Shown: positions 9,598-19,534, counted from the first letter of the stretch. The stretch is 64,000 nucleotides of DNA from Chloroflexota bacterium (GCA_964291655.2 OZ219802.1:1568001-1632000); one strand, 5' to 3'. Made by a program: numbers and translations. The notes: generated by a model from the sequence alone, not told the origin.

Positions 9598-10085
9598 TCC
9601 GTCATTCCCGCTTTCGCGGGAATCCATCTGTATTTGTATCGCGCGACAGGTGAGGCATCCGGAGCGGGGGACAAGCCCCCGCGCTACAGGGAATGCTCTG
9701 AATCTGAGCTGTGTGTGACTCACATCGTGGCCGATAGGAAAAGAGAGCCTCCCGATCCGTCATTCCGGCAAAAAGCCTGCCTCGTACTCGAAACGGGGCC
9801 GGAATCCATCTTCAGCGCCAGCGGTGTAGGGCGTCCGGAGCGGGGGACAAGCCCCCGCGCTACAAAGTCTCAGCAAGTGGCACTGAGTATTCTTGAATCT
9901 TGACAGATTCCGTTCGCCCTGAGCAGCGTCGAAGGGTGAACGGCGATTGGAGCCCGCAGCCAACCACGTAACTCTCCGTCCATGCTTCGACAGGAGCTTC
10001 GCGCAGCCCTCAGCACGAACGGGGAGAGCTTTGCTTCTTTGGTCTCGAACATCGCCAAGGCGGGGGACAAGCCCCCGCGCTACAA
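9598..10085. repeat. Composite REP cluster (families C, B, C, B, D pair, B)
   Basis: GTCATTCCCGCTTTCGCGGGAATCCA at 9601; GCGGGGGACAAGCCCCCGCGCTAC at 9664, 9840 and 10060; CCGTTCGCCCTGAGC..GTCGAAGGG at 9910. Confidence 0.9.
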
Positions 10086-10185
10086 GGAATGCTCAGCACG
10101 AACGGTGATGAGGCGAACGGTTTTGAGTCCAGCGGAGAAGAAACGACCGGTGGGTATAAGAGCCCTTTCGAGTGAAAGCGAATGC

Positions 10186-11427
10186 TCACACTCGCTCTGC
10201 CGCTCTCATCGGACTAAATGCCAGTTGCACCTTCGCCACGGCGTCCACGATCTGCTGCATGTCCTTCTCGTCCGCCAGCATCACACTCTGCGGCAGCCAG
10301 ACGCCTTCCACGTGAGCGATACGGTCGGTATTGGGCAGGGGGCGGTCCAGCGGATTATCCGTGCGTCCTAGTTTCTCTAGAGTGTCGCGCACCGAATTCT
10401 TGACGGCGTTTTGTTCGTGGCAGGGCCAGTCGTAGCCGGGCGAACAGGGAATGCCTTCCGCGCTCAGCGCCTTGATAAAGTCGGCGCGGTCGTTGCCGCC
10501 AAAGGCCGCCTTGTCATAGCGCAGCATGTAGAGGTGGTGGGCGTGGGCGGTTACTTCTGCCGGACGGTGCTGGGGCGAAATGCCGGGAATCTCCGCCAGG
10601 TGGGTGTCCAGGTAGCAGGCATTGGCTTCTCGCGTTGCCATCTGCTCGGGCACGCGGGTGAGTTGTGCCCGTAGGAGCGCGCCATGAAACTCGCTCAGGC
10701 GGTAGTTCCAGCCCAGCCGCTCGTGCTGGTACCAAGCCCCTTCCCGGAGACGGCCCACGTTCATTACCGACCACGTCAGTTCGGCGAGCTCTTGGTCGTT
10801 CGTGCAAATGGCGCCGCCTTCACCGGCGTTGAGATTCTTGCTTGATTGAAAGCTAAAGCTGCCGAGGTCGCCGACGCCGCCCACCCCCTGGTCGCGCCAG
10901 GACGCGCCGTGAGCCTGGGCCGCGTCTTCCAGCACGCGCAGACCGTGCTTTTTCGCTACCTTCAGAACGCCATCCATGTCGGGCGGCTGACCGGCGATGT
11001 GTACAGGGATGATCGCCTTCGTGCGGGGCGTAATGGCAGCCTCGACCGAGGCGGGATCAAGCTCGAAGGTGTCGGGGTCGATGTCGGCGAACACCGGTAT
11101 CGCACCCAGGAAAAGCGGCGCGGCAGGCGTGGCGACGAATGTATACGACGGACAAATCACCTCGTCGCCGAATTCCACATCCAGCACCCGCAGGCCGAGC
11201 TCCAGCGCGCACGTGCCGTTGACCAAGGCAATGCAGTGCTTGGTACCTTGAAAGGCGGCGAACTCCTCTTCAAACTCCACAACCTGCGAACCGGCATTGC
11301 GTCCCCACACCCCGGATCGCAACGCCTCCAGCATTGCTTTTTCATCCACGCCGTCCCAGACCGGCCAGGTAGGAAACGGCGCCGTGCGCACCGGCGTACC
11401 GCCGTCGCGGGCGAGTTTCACAGTCAT
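10186..11427 (-). CDS. DegT/DnrJ/EryC1/StrS PLP aminotransferase (AHBA synthase-like subgroup)
   Basis: EDAAQAHG, SFSFQSSKNLNAGEGG, GWNYRL. Confidence 0.92.
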   Translation of the reverse strand: MTVKLARDGGTPVRTAPFPTWPVWDGVDEKAMLEALRSGVWGRNAGSQVVEFEEEFAAFQGTKHCIALVNGTCALELGLRVLDVEFGDEVICPSYTFVATPAAPLFLGAIPVFADIDPDTFELDPASVEAAITPRTKAIIPVHIAGQPPDMDGVLKVAKKHGLRVLEDAAQAHGASWRDQGVGGVGDLGSFSFQSSKNLNAGEGGAICTNDQELAELTWSVMNVGRLREGAWYQHERLGWNYRLSEFHGALLRAQLTRVPEQMATREANACYLDTHLAEIPGISPQHRPAEVTAHAHHLYMLRYDKAAFGGNDRADFIKALSAEGIPCSPGYDWPCHEQNAVKNSVRDTLEKLGRTDNPLDRPLPNTDRIAHVEGVWLPQSVMLADEKDMQQIVDAVAKVQLAFSPMRAAERV

Positions 11428-11512
11428 AAGCTAACGCTCCCATACTCCATTGAGAATCTCTTTGGCCGCGCTTTGTCTCCTGCCGCGTTGAAAGCCGCTG
11501 GCGCTTCCGGCG

Positions 11513-11541
11513 TAGAGGGCACGACATGTCGCGCCCTCTAC
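11513..11541. repeat. Family-E palindrome (GTAGGGGCACGACATGTCGTGCCCCTAC type); second copy at ~41908-41932
   Basis: GTAGAGGGCACGACATGTCGCGCCCTCTAC. Confidence 0.7.
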
Positions 11542-11656
11542 ACTACAGGATCACTTTCAACGTGCGTGTTGACGCTGTCTTTGAGTGACGTCTTTTTGGC
11601 AGGATACCGGAGCTACCCAACTCCCGCGAAGTGCGCCACTCTGAATTATACGCTGC

Positions 11657-12337
11657 TCAGCGCACACCCTTGCCTTGCACCACGAGCGTAAACTCACCGC
11701 GCGGCTCCTTTTCCGCAAAGTGCGCCAGCATCTCTGTTATCGTCCCGCGCAGGATCTCTTCATGTAGTTTGGTGAGTTCACGCGCTACCATGATTTCCCG
11801 TTCGCCCAGGCACTCTTGGCACGTCTGCAGGTCCTCCACAAGCCGGTAGGGCGAGGCATAGATCACGAGCGTGAACGGCAGGTCTGCCACGCTTGCCAGG
11901 AGGCGCTTGCGCCGTGACGGCCGTCCTGGCAAGAAACCCAAAAAGCAGAACATGCTCCCCGCAAACCCGGCAATGGAGGCGGAGGCAGCGGCTGCAGTTG
12001 GTCCTGGCACCGGAATAACCGGAATGTCGTTTTCCACGGCAGCCGCGATGAGGGGCTGACCGGGATCGGCGATGCCGGGTGTGCCGGCGTCCGTGACCAA
12101 GGCAACCTGCTTGCCTTCTCCCAGGGTGCGGAGAATTCGCTCCAAACGGCCGGTCCCGCTGTGAGCGTGAAAGCTGGTGAGCGGCGTGTGAATGTCCAGG
12201 TGCGCGAGCAACTTGCGGGTATGGCGCGTGTCCTCGGCGGCGATCACGTCTACCTCCCGCAGGATGCGCACGGCCCGCAGGGTAATGTCTTCCAGGTTGC
12301 CGATGGGTGTGGCTACCACGTAGAGCACGCCGGGCAT
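11657..12337 (-). CDS. rsmI: 16S rRNA (cytidine1402-2'-O)-methyltransferase
   Basis: LYVVATPIGNLEDIT, AAEDTR, DAGTPGIADPG, ARELTKLHEE. Confidence 0.95.
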   Translation of the reverse strand: MPGVLYVVATPIGNLEDITLRAVRILREVDVIAAEDTRHTRKLLAHLDIHTPLTSFHAHSGTGRLERILRTLGEGKQVALVTDAGTPGIADPGQPLIAAAVENDIPVIPVPGPTAAAASASIAGFAGSMFCFLGFLPGRPSRRKRLLASVADLPFTLVIYASPYRLVEDLQTCQECLGEREIMVARELTKLHEEILRGTITEMLAHFAEKEPRGEFTLVVQGKGVR

Positions 12338-12534
12338 CGGTTGTCACTACGCCTTTCTGAAAACCGCCATGTTGACGAGATTTGTCCGAATGGACAAAGA
12401 ACACCCCCGTCCCGACCTTCGCCTTCGGGGAGACCCTTGTAAGACCATAGCCGCAGCGAGACAGCCCCTTCTCCCTTGACGGAGAACTTTGCGTTAATCC
12501 GGCCGGGGGCGCAAGACTTGCTCCCTCTCCTCGG

Positions 12535-12748
12535 GAGGCTGTCTCATAATTGCCTATTCCGAGGTACACTGCCGTGCAGAGAGGCTAAGCGAGGTCTTGA
12601 GATAGACTTTAGTTTCTTTCTGGGCATCGCATCAAGCTTTCAAGCTACCGGTTCCATCACTTGTACCACTCTGTCAATACAATCCGCCACTTGGCTGCGT
12701 TCCTCATTTTACCTACCGTGCTCTGTAGCGGAATTATGAGACGGCCTC
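12535..12748. mobile_element. MITE, GAGGCTGTCTC-type, inserted in a family-A palindrome
   Basis: Ends GAGGCTGTCTCATAATT / AATTATGAGACGGCCTC; 4-bp direct repeat TCGG at 12531-12534 and 12749-12752; removal restores CCCTCTCCTCGGAGAGAGGGCCGGGGTGAGGGG. Confidence 0.85.
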
Positions 12749-13126
12749 TCGGAGAGAGGGCCGGGGTGAGGGGTCTTACCTGCTTTGCAAACCGTAAAAC
12801 TTGCAAGGTCAAGCATATTACAACCAGTCCGGTCAAGAAGCTGCTCGTGCTCAGAGCAATTTCACCCTCACCCCCGTATCGTGTCGATACGCTGTATCGC
12901 GTACGGGGCAGGCTCTAACCCTCTCCCTTGACGGAGACCCTTGCGAAACCTACGCGGAAGAGAGAGCGTTCCCTCTCCCTCGACGGGAGAGGGCTAGGGT
13001 GAGGGTGAATTTCTTGAAATCTCAAAGTACACACACCGATTCTGCACTGAAACATCTTGAAACTGCACGGCGTAAAGGGCCGTTGTAACAAAAAGACCCC
13101 CTCACCCCAACCCTCTCCCCCAGGAG

Positions 13127-14391
13127 TGTACAGACCGGGGACATAGGTAACAGATGTTCGGGTAGATAGGTTACACATTTTGTGCTCTGAGGTCTATGGT
13201 TTTTACTCTTTGGATCGAGAAGTACACGTCCCAGACACCGTCCGTTCGGGTGGGTCGCAGGGCGACTTGCTTGTGCGTGAAGGCCCTGCCCACACGGAGC
13301 CGTCTGCCTTGGAAGGAGATGCGGCCGGAGACATCGACGCTGCGTACGCGGTCGTCGGGAGCGTAGGCGAGGGCAGGCAAGGTCTCTGGGAAAGGGCGAG
13401 GACTAGGCGTGTATCTGGTAATGGGAGTGTCGAGATCGAGGGCATGGTGTGGGCGTTCCAAGTTGTAGAAGTGGCGCCAGGTGTCAAAGGCGCGCTGGCA
13501 ATGGTCCAGGTCGGTAAAGGTGGTCCCTGCCAGCAGTTCGCTCTTGAGGGAGCGGTGGAAGCGTTCCAGCTTGCCGAGTGTCTGGGGATGGTAGGGTCGG
13601 CTGTGCAGGACGTTGATGCCCAGCTGCATGAGCCAGACGGTGAGGGGCGTGAAGGGCTGGGCACTGTCGTTACCCCAGGGAGAGCCGTTGTCCATGAGCA
13701 TGGCCTGGGGCAAGCCGTAGCGGCGAAAGACAGCGGTGAGGCGGTCTTGGACCGTCTCTCCCCGCTCGTTGGCACAGGCCTGTAACCCGAGGTTGAAGCG
13801 GGAGTGATCGTCTAGGAGGGTGAGAGGATGACAGCGGTTCTGCTGCATGACGAAATGTCCCTTGAAGTCCATCTGCCACAGCTCGTTGGGCTGGGGTCGT
13901 TCGAAGCGCACATGGGGCGTGTGCTTGGCGCTCTGGGCTGGATCGATGAGCCCATGGCGTTTGAGAATGGCATTGATGGTGCTCTTGGCCGGCACGTCGG
14001 TGACCCCCTGGTCCTGCAGCATCCGGCGCAGCACGTGTGCGCCTTTCTTCGGATGCGCCAGGCGCAAGGCGATGATGCGCTCCTCCAGCGCCGGGCGCGT
14101 GCGGTGCGGACACGTGTGCGGCCGCCGCGACCGGTCGTGCAAACCGTCTTCGCCAGCTTTCGCATACCGCTCCAGCGTCTTGTACGCCGTCTTGCGACTG
14201 ATCTCCAGACGGCGACACAGCTCGCTGATGTTGGCCCCTTCCATCAGTGCCAGTGCAATGAACTCCTTGCGTTCAGACACAACCGTACTCTCCTTCCAAG
14301 GCATGGCGCTCCTCCATCTGTAAGAATCTCCATGCCTTAAGGTGTAACCTATGTGCCCGAACATGTGTAACCCATGTACCCGGTCTATACA
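13127..14391 (-). mobile_element. IS481-family insertion sequence, copy 1 (1265 bp)
   Basis: TGT...ACA ends, ~50-bp imperfect terminal inverted repeats, 5-bp target duplication AGGAG (13122-13126, 14392-14396). Confidence 0.95.
13171..14304 (-). CDS. IS481-family DDE transposase
   Basis: MPWKE start, HTH, WQMDFKG, DDHSRF, DNG, HPQTLGKLERFH. Confidence 0.95.
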   Translation of the reverse strand: MPWKESTVVSERKEFIALALMEGANISELCRRLEISRKTAYKTLERYAKAGEDGLHDRSRRPHTCPHRTRPALEERIIALRLAHPKKGAHVLRRMLQDQGVTDVPAKSTINAILKRHGLIDPAQSAKHTPHVRFERPQPNELWQMDFKGHFVMQQNRCHPLTLLDDHSRFNLGLQACANERGETVQDRLTAVFRRYGLPQAMLMDNGSPWGNDSAQPFTPLTVWLMQLGINVLHSRPYHPQTLGKLERFHRSLKSELLAGTTFTDLDHCQRAFDTWRHFYNLERPHHALDLDTPITRYTPSPRPFPETLPALAYAPDDRVRSVDVSGRISFQGRRLRVGRAFTHKQVALRPTRTDGVWDVYFSIQRVKTIDLRAQNV

Positions 14392-14509
14392 AGGAGAGGG
14401 AGTGCCCCTGCTTGAAAGTGGGGTTATGCAAAGGTCTCCTCGAGGGAGAGGGGGTAGGACGTATTGCCATTGACCTTGTCAAGGGTTGCTCACTGATGAT
14501 ACTGCGGCT

Positions 14510-15370
14510 CTAGCGTCCCCAGTCGCGGGGATAGCGGAAGTCGCGCTCGATGGTGCGTTGGGAGAGCTTGGCGATGATGGGTGGACGCCGCTTGTATTGC
14601 ATGCTCTGCACCACGCGCGCCACCTCCTCCACAAACTCCCTGGCGAACCCCGCGGCAATCAATTCTTCAGGACGATAGCGCTCGTCCACCAGCAGGAAAA
14701 GCAGGTGGTCTACATCTTCGTACGCGAATCCTAGTTCGCTTTCGTCCGACTGACCCGGCCATAGGTCGGCGCTTGGTGGTTTTTCTATAATTGCTGCCGG
14801 AATCTTCAAATGGCGGGAGAGTTGCCGCACCTGGGTCTTATAGAGATCGCCAATCGGGTTCACGGCACTTGCCATGTCGCCGTGCAGGGTGCTGTAGCCC
14901 AAGAGCAGTTCCGTCTTGTTACTTGTACCCAGCGGCAGGCTGTTAAACTCAACGGAGTGGTCGTAGAGAACGATCATGCGCGCACGCGCCATCACGTTGC
15001 CGCGCCGCTTCACGTCCATGTCGCGAAACTCTGCGAAGTAGGGGTCCACCAGCGAGGTAATCTCGATGAGCTTTGAGGGTATGCCCAATGCGCCAACCAC
15101 CGCTTCAGCGTCGCTGCGGCTGTCGGGGTTCGATTCCCGATACGGCAGCAAGAGGGCCAGCACGTTTTCCGGGCCCAGGGCACCCGCCGCCAGGTAAGCT
15201 GAGAGCGCGGAGTCGATGCCGCCGGAGAGATTCAGCACCGCCCGGGTAAAGCCGAATTTATGCACCTCATTGCGAATGAAGCTGTGCAGGATCTGCTCGG
15301 TAAGCGGTAGATTGAGGTCCAACCCACTGCGCGCTTTGGCGACGAGGTCTGTCTTTGCCTCACTCGTCAT
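14510..15370 (-). CDS. nadE: NAD+ synthetase (synthetase subunit only)
   Basis: [44 protein letters not shown]. Confidence 0.95.
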   Translation of the reverse strand: MTSEAKTDLVAKARSGLDLNLPLTEQILHSFIRNEVHKFGFTRAVLNLSGGIDSALSAYLAAGALGPENVLALLLPYRESNPDSRSDAEAVVGALGIPSKLIEITSLVDPYFAEFRDMDVKRRGNVMARARMIVLYDHSVEFNSLPLGTSNKTELLLGYSTLHGDMASAVNPIGDLYKTQVRQLSRHLKIPAAIIEKPPSADLWPGQSDESELGFAYEDVDHLLFLLVDERYRPEELIAAGFAREFVEEVARVVQSMQYKRRPPIIAKLSQRTIERDFRYPRDWGR

Positions 15371-16251
15371 GCGTACCGCTCGCGATAGATGCGGCGCAAT
15401 TCACGATAGGTCAGGTCCAGCCGCTCGTCGCGCAGCAGCGGCAGCAGCGACCGCTGGCGGCGCATCGCCTCCGCAGAGACTTCAGCGGTGACCAACGCCT
15501 CTTCGAAGTACGGCGCGCGCACGAGCACCGTGCCGTCCGGGCCGACGACTTCCGATCCGCCCCAAAAGTTGACCCCATCCTCATAGCCGACGCGATTGCA
15601 ATACACCACGTAACTTGTGAACATGCGCGCGTAGAGATTGTTGAGATTGTGCCAGGTCTGCGCGCTGCGCAGGTCCTGCGACTCACCGGACACGCCGCGT
15701 CCGGGACCGCTGGAGATGCCGAGAATGAGGTCGGCGCCATCCGCATGGACGATGCTCACCGCCGAGGGGTGCCAGAAGTCTTCACAGATCAGGGTGCCGA
15801 GGCGGCCGAAGCGTGTGTCGAAAGCGCGTAGGTGCTCGCCGGCCGCCAGATAGCGTCCTTCATCGAACATGCCGTAGGTCGCGAGGTACACCTTGCGGTG
15901 CAGGTGGCGCACCCGGCCGGCCTCCAGGTACACGCCGCTATTGTAGAAGCGTTGATCGGCGGATTCCTCCACCATGCCGAACAGAATGCTCATGCGGTCG
16001 CTGGCGGCAATGAGCGGCGCCAACAGCGGATCATCCAGCCGGCACGCCGTTTCCGTCACGAGGTCTTCTAAGAAGTAGCCGTGAAGGGAGAGTTCCGGGA
16101 ATAACAACACATCCACTGCCTGCGCCTCCGCCTCAGCAACCACGTCCAAGTGCTTCTGGATGTTGCGCGTGACGTCACCCAGGTGCGGGTTCATCTGCGC
16201 AAGGCCGATGCGGAATGACTGCAATGGAGTATTGGTTCGTTCGGGAAGCAC
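15367..16251 (-). CDS. Carbon-nitrogen hydrolase, probable stand-alone glutaminase subunit of NAD synthetase
   Basis: FPELSL, HRKVYL..YGMFDE.RY, ICEDFW triad; 4-bp overlap with nadE. Confidence 0.88.
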   Translation of the reverse strand: MLPERTNTPLQSFRIGLAQMNPHLGDVTRNIQKHLDVVAEAEAQAVDVLLFPELSLHGYFLEDLVTETACRLDDPLLAPLIAASDRMSILFGMVEESADQRFYNSGVYLEAGRVRHLHRKVYLATYGMFDEGRYLAAGEHLRAFDTRFGRLGTLICEDFWHPSAVSIVHADGADLILGISSGPGRGVSGESQDLRSAQTWHNLNNLYARMFTSYVVYCNRVGYEDGVNFWGGSEVVGPDGTVLVRAPYFEEALVTAEVSAEAMRRQRSLLPLLRDERLDLTYRELRRIYRERYA

Positions 16252-16292
16252 GTGGGGGTCTCACCTCTTTGACCTCTGGCTCATGCGAAAAG

Positions 16293-16317
16293 TGTGCTCG
16301 GAATCACAATCATTGTA
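16293..16317 (-). promoter_or_regulatory. TACAAT -10 element with adjacent TGTGA-N6-TCACA-like operator upstream of glutaminase-nadE
   Basis: TGTGC-TCGGAA-TCACA at 16293-16308; ATTGTA at 16312-16317. Confidence 0.4.
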
Positions 16318-16512
16318 ACGGTCTGCAAGTGTTGGGGCTAGTTCGGGTCGGCGCGTCGTACCTGTGGAGTGGGTCTCCATTCAACGAAGCTCCCGTGTTT
16401 GAGGCAGCTTGATCGAGGAAAAGTGCAAGGGAGGGCGCAAAATGTGTAAGATACATGACATCGAATGACATACGGCAAGAGTACGGTAGTCCGGCAGGAG
16501 GTCAAGCAGCGC

Positions 16513-17547
16513 ATGGCTGAGAGGTTTCGAGTAGGCATTGTCGGCCTGGGACGCGTAGCCAGCACCATTCAGGATGAGGTGACCGGCTATGCGGGACGCA
16601 TGCTGCTGCCCTACTCCCACACGCATGCCTATGCTGCCGTGCCCCAGACACACGTCTGCGCCGTGGCTGACATCGATACGCAGAAGACTGCGACCTATGT
16701 GGAGCAATGGCAGCCCGTTTTCGGCGATATTGCAGCCTATGCGTCCTATGATGAGATGCTGCATAACGAGAACCTTGACATCGTGAGCGTCTGCACCCAC
16801 GCGCCGCTGCATGCGCCGGTAACGCAAGCGGCGGCCCGGGCAGGTGCCAAGGCAGTCTTCTGCGAGAAAGCAATCGCAACGAGCCTGGCCGAGGCCGATG
16901 CGATGATCGGCATCTGCGATGAGCACAACGTGAAGCTCGTGGTCAACCATACGCGGCGGTGGGACCCCTACTACGAAACGGCGCTTGCACTCATTCAAGA
17001 CGGCCGGATCGGCAATGTGCGCACGATCTCGGCGCACTTTGCCGGTGAACTCGTACATACGGGCATCCATTGGCTCGACGCGATGCTGACCTTCAGTCAG
17101 AGTATGCCAGCCTGGGTGACGGGCGGTCTCGCTTCCGGTGCCGACATAGCACTGGATGCCGGTGGCACTGCCTATGTGGGCTTCTACAACGGCGTGATGG
17201 GCTTTATCGACGGCCAGAGCGGTCCGATTTTCGAGATAGACGTGATCGGCACGGCCGGCCGCTTGCGCCTCAGCAACAGCGATGCGGAGTTCTTTACCTT
17301 CGATTCTGCGACGCGCACGATGGTAAAGCGGCCGTTTCCTCTGGTTACATACCCACGCAGCGGTATGCAGGGAGCCGTGGAAGATATCGTCCGATGCATC
17401 GAGCACGATCGTCCCAGCCGCTCCGACGGCCGGGCCGGACGCGCCGCGCTCGAACTCGCACTCGCGGTCTACGCCTCGCACGCTTCCAATGGCGCACGGG
17501 TCCAACTGCCGTTGGCGGAACGCGAGCGCGTCGTGCTCTCCCGCTGA
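16513..17547 (+). CDS. Gfo/Idh/MocA family oxidoreductase
   Basis: VGIVGLG, VFCEKA, VNHTRR; ATG after AGGAGG. Confidence 0.9.
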   Translation: MAERFRVGIVGLGRVASTIQDEVTGYAGRMLLPYSHTHAYAAVPQTHVCAVADIDTQKTATYVEQWQPVFGDIAAYASYDEMLHNENLDIVSVCTHAPLHAPVTQAAARAGAKAVFCEKAIATSLAEADAMIGICDEHNVKLVVNHTRRWDPYYETALALIQDGRIGNVRTISAHFAGELVHTGIHWLDAMLTFSQSMPAWVTGGLASGADIALDAGGTAYVGFYNGVMGFIDGQSGPIFEIDVIGTAGRLRLSNSDAEFFTFDSATRTMVKRPFPLVTYPRSGMQGAVEDIVRCIEHDRPSRSDGRAGRAALELALAVYASHASNGARVQLPLAERERVVLSR

Positions 17548-17746
17548 TCGGACGCAGCCGGTGTAGTTCTGCCACTCACGACATTGTAGCGTCAATGCTC
17601 CACCGGACGGTACCGCTGTGCAACTCGCATTTCCGCTATCATGGTGTTAGGCATCGAAAGTTCGAGCTGAAAAGCACCTTGTTTCTCAAGAGAGTTTTGC
17701 GTAACTCTCGCGGACGCTAGGTAACGGGTTGAATCGGTGATGATTA

Positions 17747-17966
17747 CCCCTCACCCCGGCATTCTCCCTGGGGAGACCCTTGCATAACCCTTCGCCGGTA
17801 CGGGAAAGTCCCCTCTCCCCACAGGAGAGGCGGTCTTCTTGCCTGGCCGGTCCGGGCCGTGCAAAGCCTGCTCCGAACGTGCTGCGGGGGTCTCCACAGA
17901 GAGAGGGGACTCATTCACCTTGGTAAGGGAGAGATTTCCTCTCAATTAGGGTTGTGCAAGGGTCAT
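17747..17966. mobile_element. GAGACC-type MITE (17773-~17966, right end degenerate) inserted in a family-A palindrome and containing family-A derivatives
   Basis: CTGGG then GAGACCCTTGCATAACCC ... GGGTTGTGCAAGGGTC. Confidence 0.65.
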
Positions 17967-18009
17967 TGAAAAGAAGGTCCGTCGAGAGAAGATCAAGTCT
18001 AAAGAAGGA

Positions 18010-19353
18010 ATGGCAATGGTACGAACTGAGCAGAGCGCAGCGTTGTTTGCTGAGGCTGAGGCATACGCCCCGGGCGGGGTACATACGTCAATTCGCAATG
18101 TGGAACCCCGGCTGGTTTTCAACCGCGCCGAGGGCGCACGCATCTGGGATGCTGACGGCAATGAATACCTAGACTACCACGCCGCCTTCGGTCCATTCAT
18201 CTTAGGTCACGTGCATCCCATAGTCGTTCAACGCGTTGAAGAAGCACTGTGGGAGACCGACCTTTACGGCGTCGGCGCCACGCCGCAAGAAATTGCGCTC
18301 GCCAAGAAAGTCGTTGAGCACGTACCTTCAATCGAGCAAGTACTGTTCACCAATGCCGGCTCGGAAGCAACGTTTCACGCGCTTCGCGTCGCCCGCGCCC
18401 ACACCGGCCGTGAGAAGATCATAAAATTTCAGGGCTGCTACCACGGCTGGCACGATGCCGTGCTGCGCAATGTCATCAGCACACCGGACATGATCGGGAA
18501 ACGCGACTTCCTCTCGGCGGGGATGATGGAGGAAACCGCTGACGCCACGCTCATCTGCACCTTCAACAATGCGGATGAAGTAGAGGACACGATTAGAGCG
18601 CACGAGGGCGAAATTGCCGCCATCATCGTGGAGCCCATTCCGCATAACATCGGCTGTGTGCGCCCGGAGCCGGGCTTCTTGGAGGCGCTGCGCGCATTGT
18701 GCGACGCCCACGGCATTGTCCTCGTGTTTGACGAGGTGATCACCGGCTTTCGCCACGACCTCGGCGGCTATCAAAAGATCGCAGGCGTCACGCCGGACGT
18801 CACCACGTTGGGGAAAGCCATTGCCAACGGCTTCCCGCTGGCAGCGGTCGGCGGCAAGAAGGAGATCATGTCGCGCTTCAACACGACCCCCGGAGGCGAT
18901 ACCTTCTTTGCCGGCACCTACAACGGTCACGCCGTCGGCACTGTGGCGGCGCTTGCGACCATTGAAATCATGGAAACGCAGGGAGTGCACGAGGAGATTT
19001 TCCGTCTCGGGGACCGCATACGCAATGGATTGTCAGAAGTCATGACAGATGCCGGCATTCCGGCCGTTGTCGAGGGTTTCGGCTCCGTATTCGTTACATA
19101 CTTCATGGATGGCCCAGCGCGCAATTTCACGGATCTCTTGCAAAACGACGCAGATTTCTTCATTCGCTACCGCCAAGAGTGCATCAAGCGGGGCGTATTC
19201 AAGCTGCCCATGAACATCAAGCGTAATCACATCAGTTTCGCTCATACGGATGCGGATATCGATCGGACGCTCCAGGTGGCGGAGGATGCCATCCACACGC
19301 TCTTGCGTCAAGGTGTAAAGCCGGAGCCCAGTGAAGTGCTGGCATTGACGTAA
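18010..19353 (+). CDS. Class III aminotransferase, glutamate-1-semialdehyde aminomutase-like
   Basis: DADGNEYLD, GCYHG, VFDEVITGFR, TLGKAIANGFP, AGTYNG. Confidence 0.88.
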   Translation: MAMVRTEQSAALFAEAEAYAPGGVHTSIRNVEPRLVFNRAEGARIWDADGNEYLDYHAAFGPFILGHVHPIVVQRVEEALWETDLYGVGATPQEIALAKKVVEHVPSIEQVLFTNAGSEATFHALRVARAHTGREKIIKFQGCYHGWHDAVLRNVISTPDMIGKRDFLSAGMMEETADATLICTFNNADEVEDTIRAHEGEIAAIIVEPIPHNIGCVRPEPGFLEALRALCDAHGIVLVFDEVITGFRHDLGGYQKIAGVTPDVTTLGKAIANGFPLAAVGGKKEIMSRFNTTPGGDTFFAGTYNGHAVGTVAALATIEIMETQGVHEEIFRLGDRIRNGLSEVMTDAGIPAVVEGFGSVFVTYFMDGPARNFTDLLQNDADFFIRYRQECIKRGVFKLPMNIKRNHISFAHTDADIDRTLQVAEDAIHTLLRQGVKPEPSEVLALT

Positions 19354-19534
19354 GCACGGAGCAGCCAGGCAGTTAGACCGCGCGGGCCGTGTTCTGTCGA
19401 TTTACTTTGACCGTGGATTTTGAGCTGGAATCCCATAAGACCGTCGCTAACGGCGTGTGCACGGCATCTGTTACAGAACCGCTACTCGCGGATTCAATGA
19501 CGAACCCTGTAGGTCTCAAACGAGGAGAAGCATA

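Larger units (their letters stand above)
12934..14438. mobile_element. GAGACC-type MITE (235 bp when the IS and one TSD copy are removed) interrupted by IS481 copy 1
   Basis: Ends GAGACCCTTGCG...TGCAAAGGTCTC; interior is colinear with the intact 236-bp element at 21451-21686. Confidence 0.8.

Noticed and set aside
10186-11427. AHBA/ansamycin biosynthesis suggested by a RifK-like enzyme plus aroQ and oxidoreductases
   Set aside because: Genes are tens of kb apart; no kinase, phosphatase or PKS cluster
16381-17595. Long antisense ORFs (404 aa here; also 34198-35208, 25250-26284, 40012-40872)
   Set aside because: Shadow frames opposite well-supported GC-rich genes, with no recognisable motifs
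18010-19353. Calling this gene hemL
   Set aside because: Lacks typical HemL signatures (NSPVR, SGTEA, GNP) and has no tetrapyrrole neighbours; kept as a family-level call
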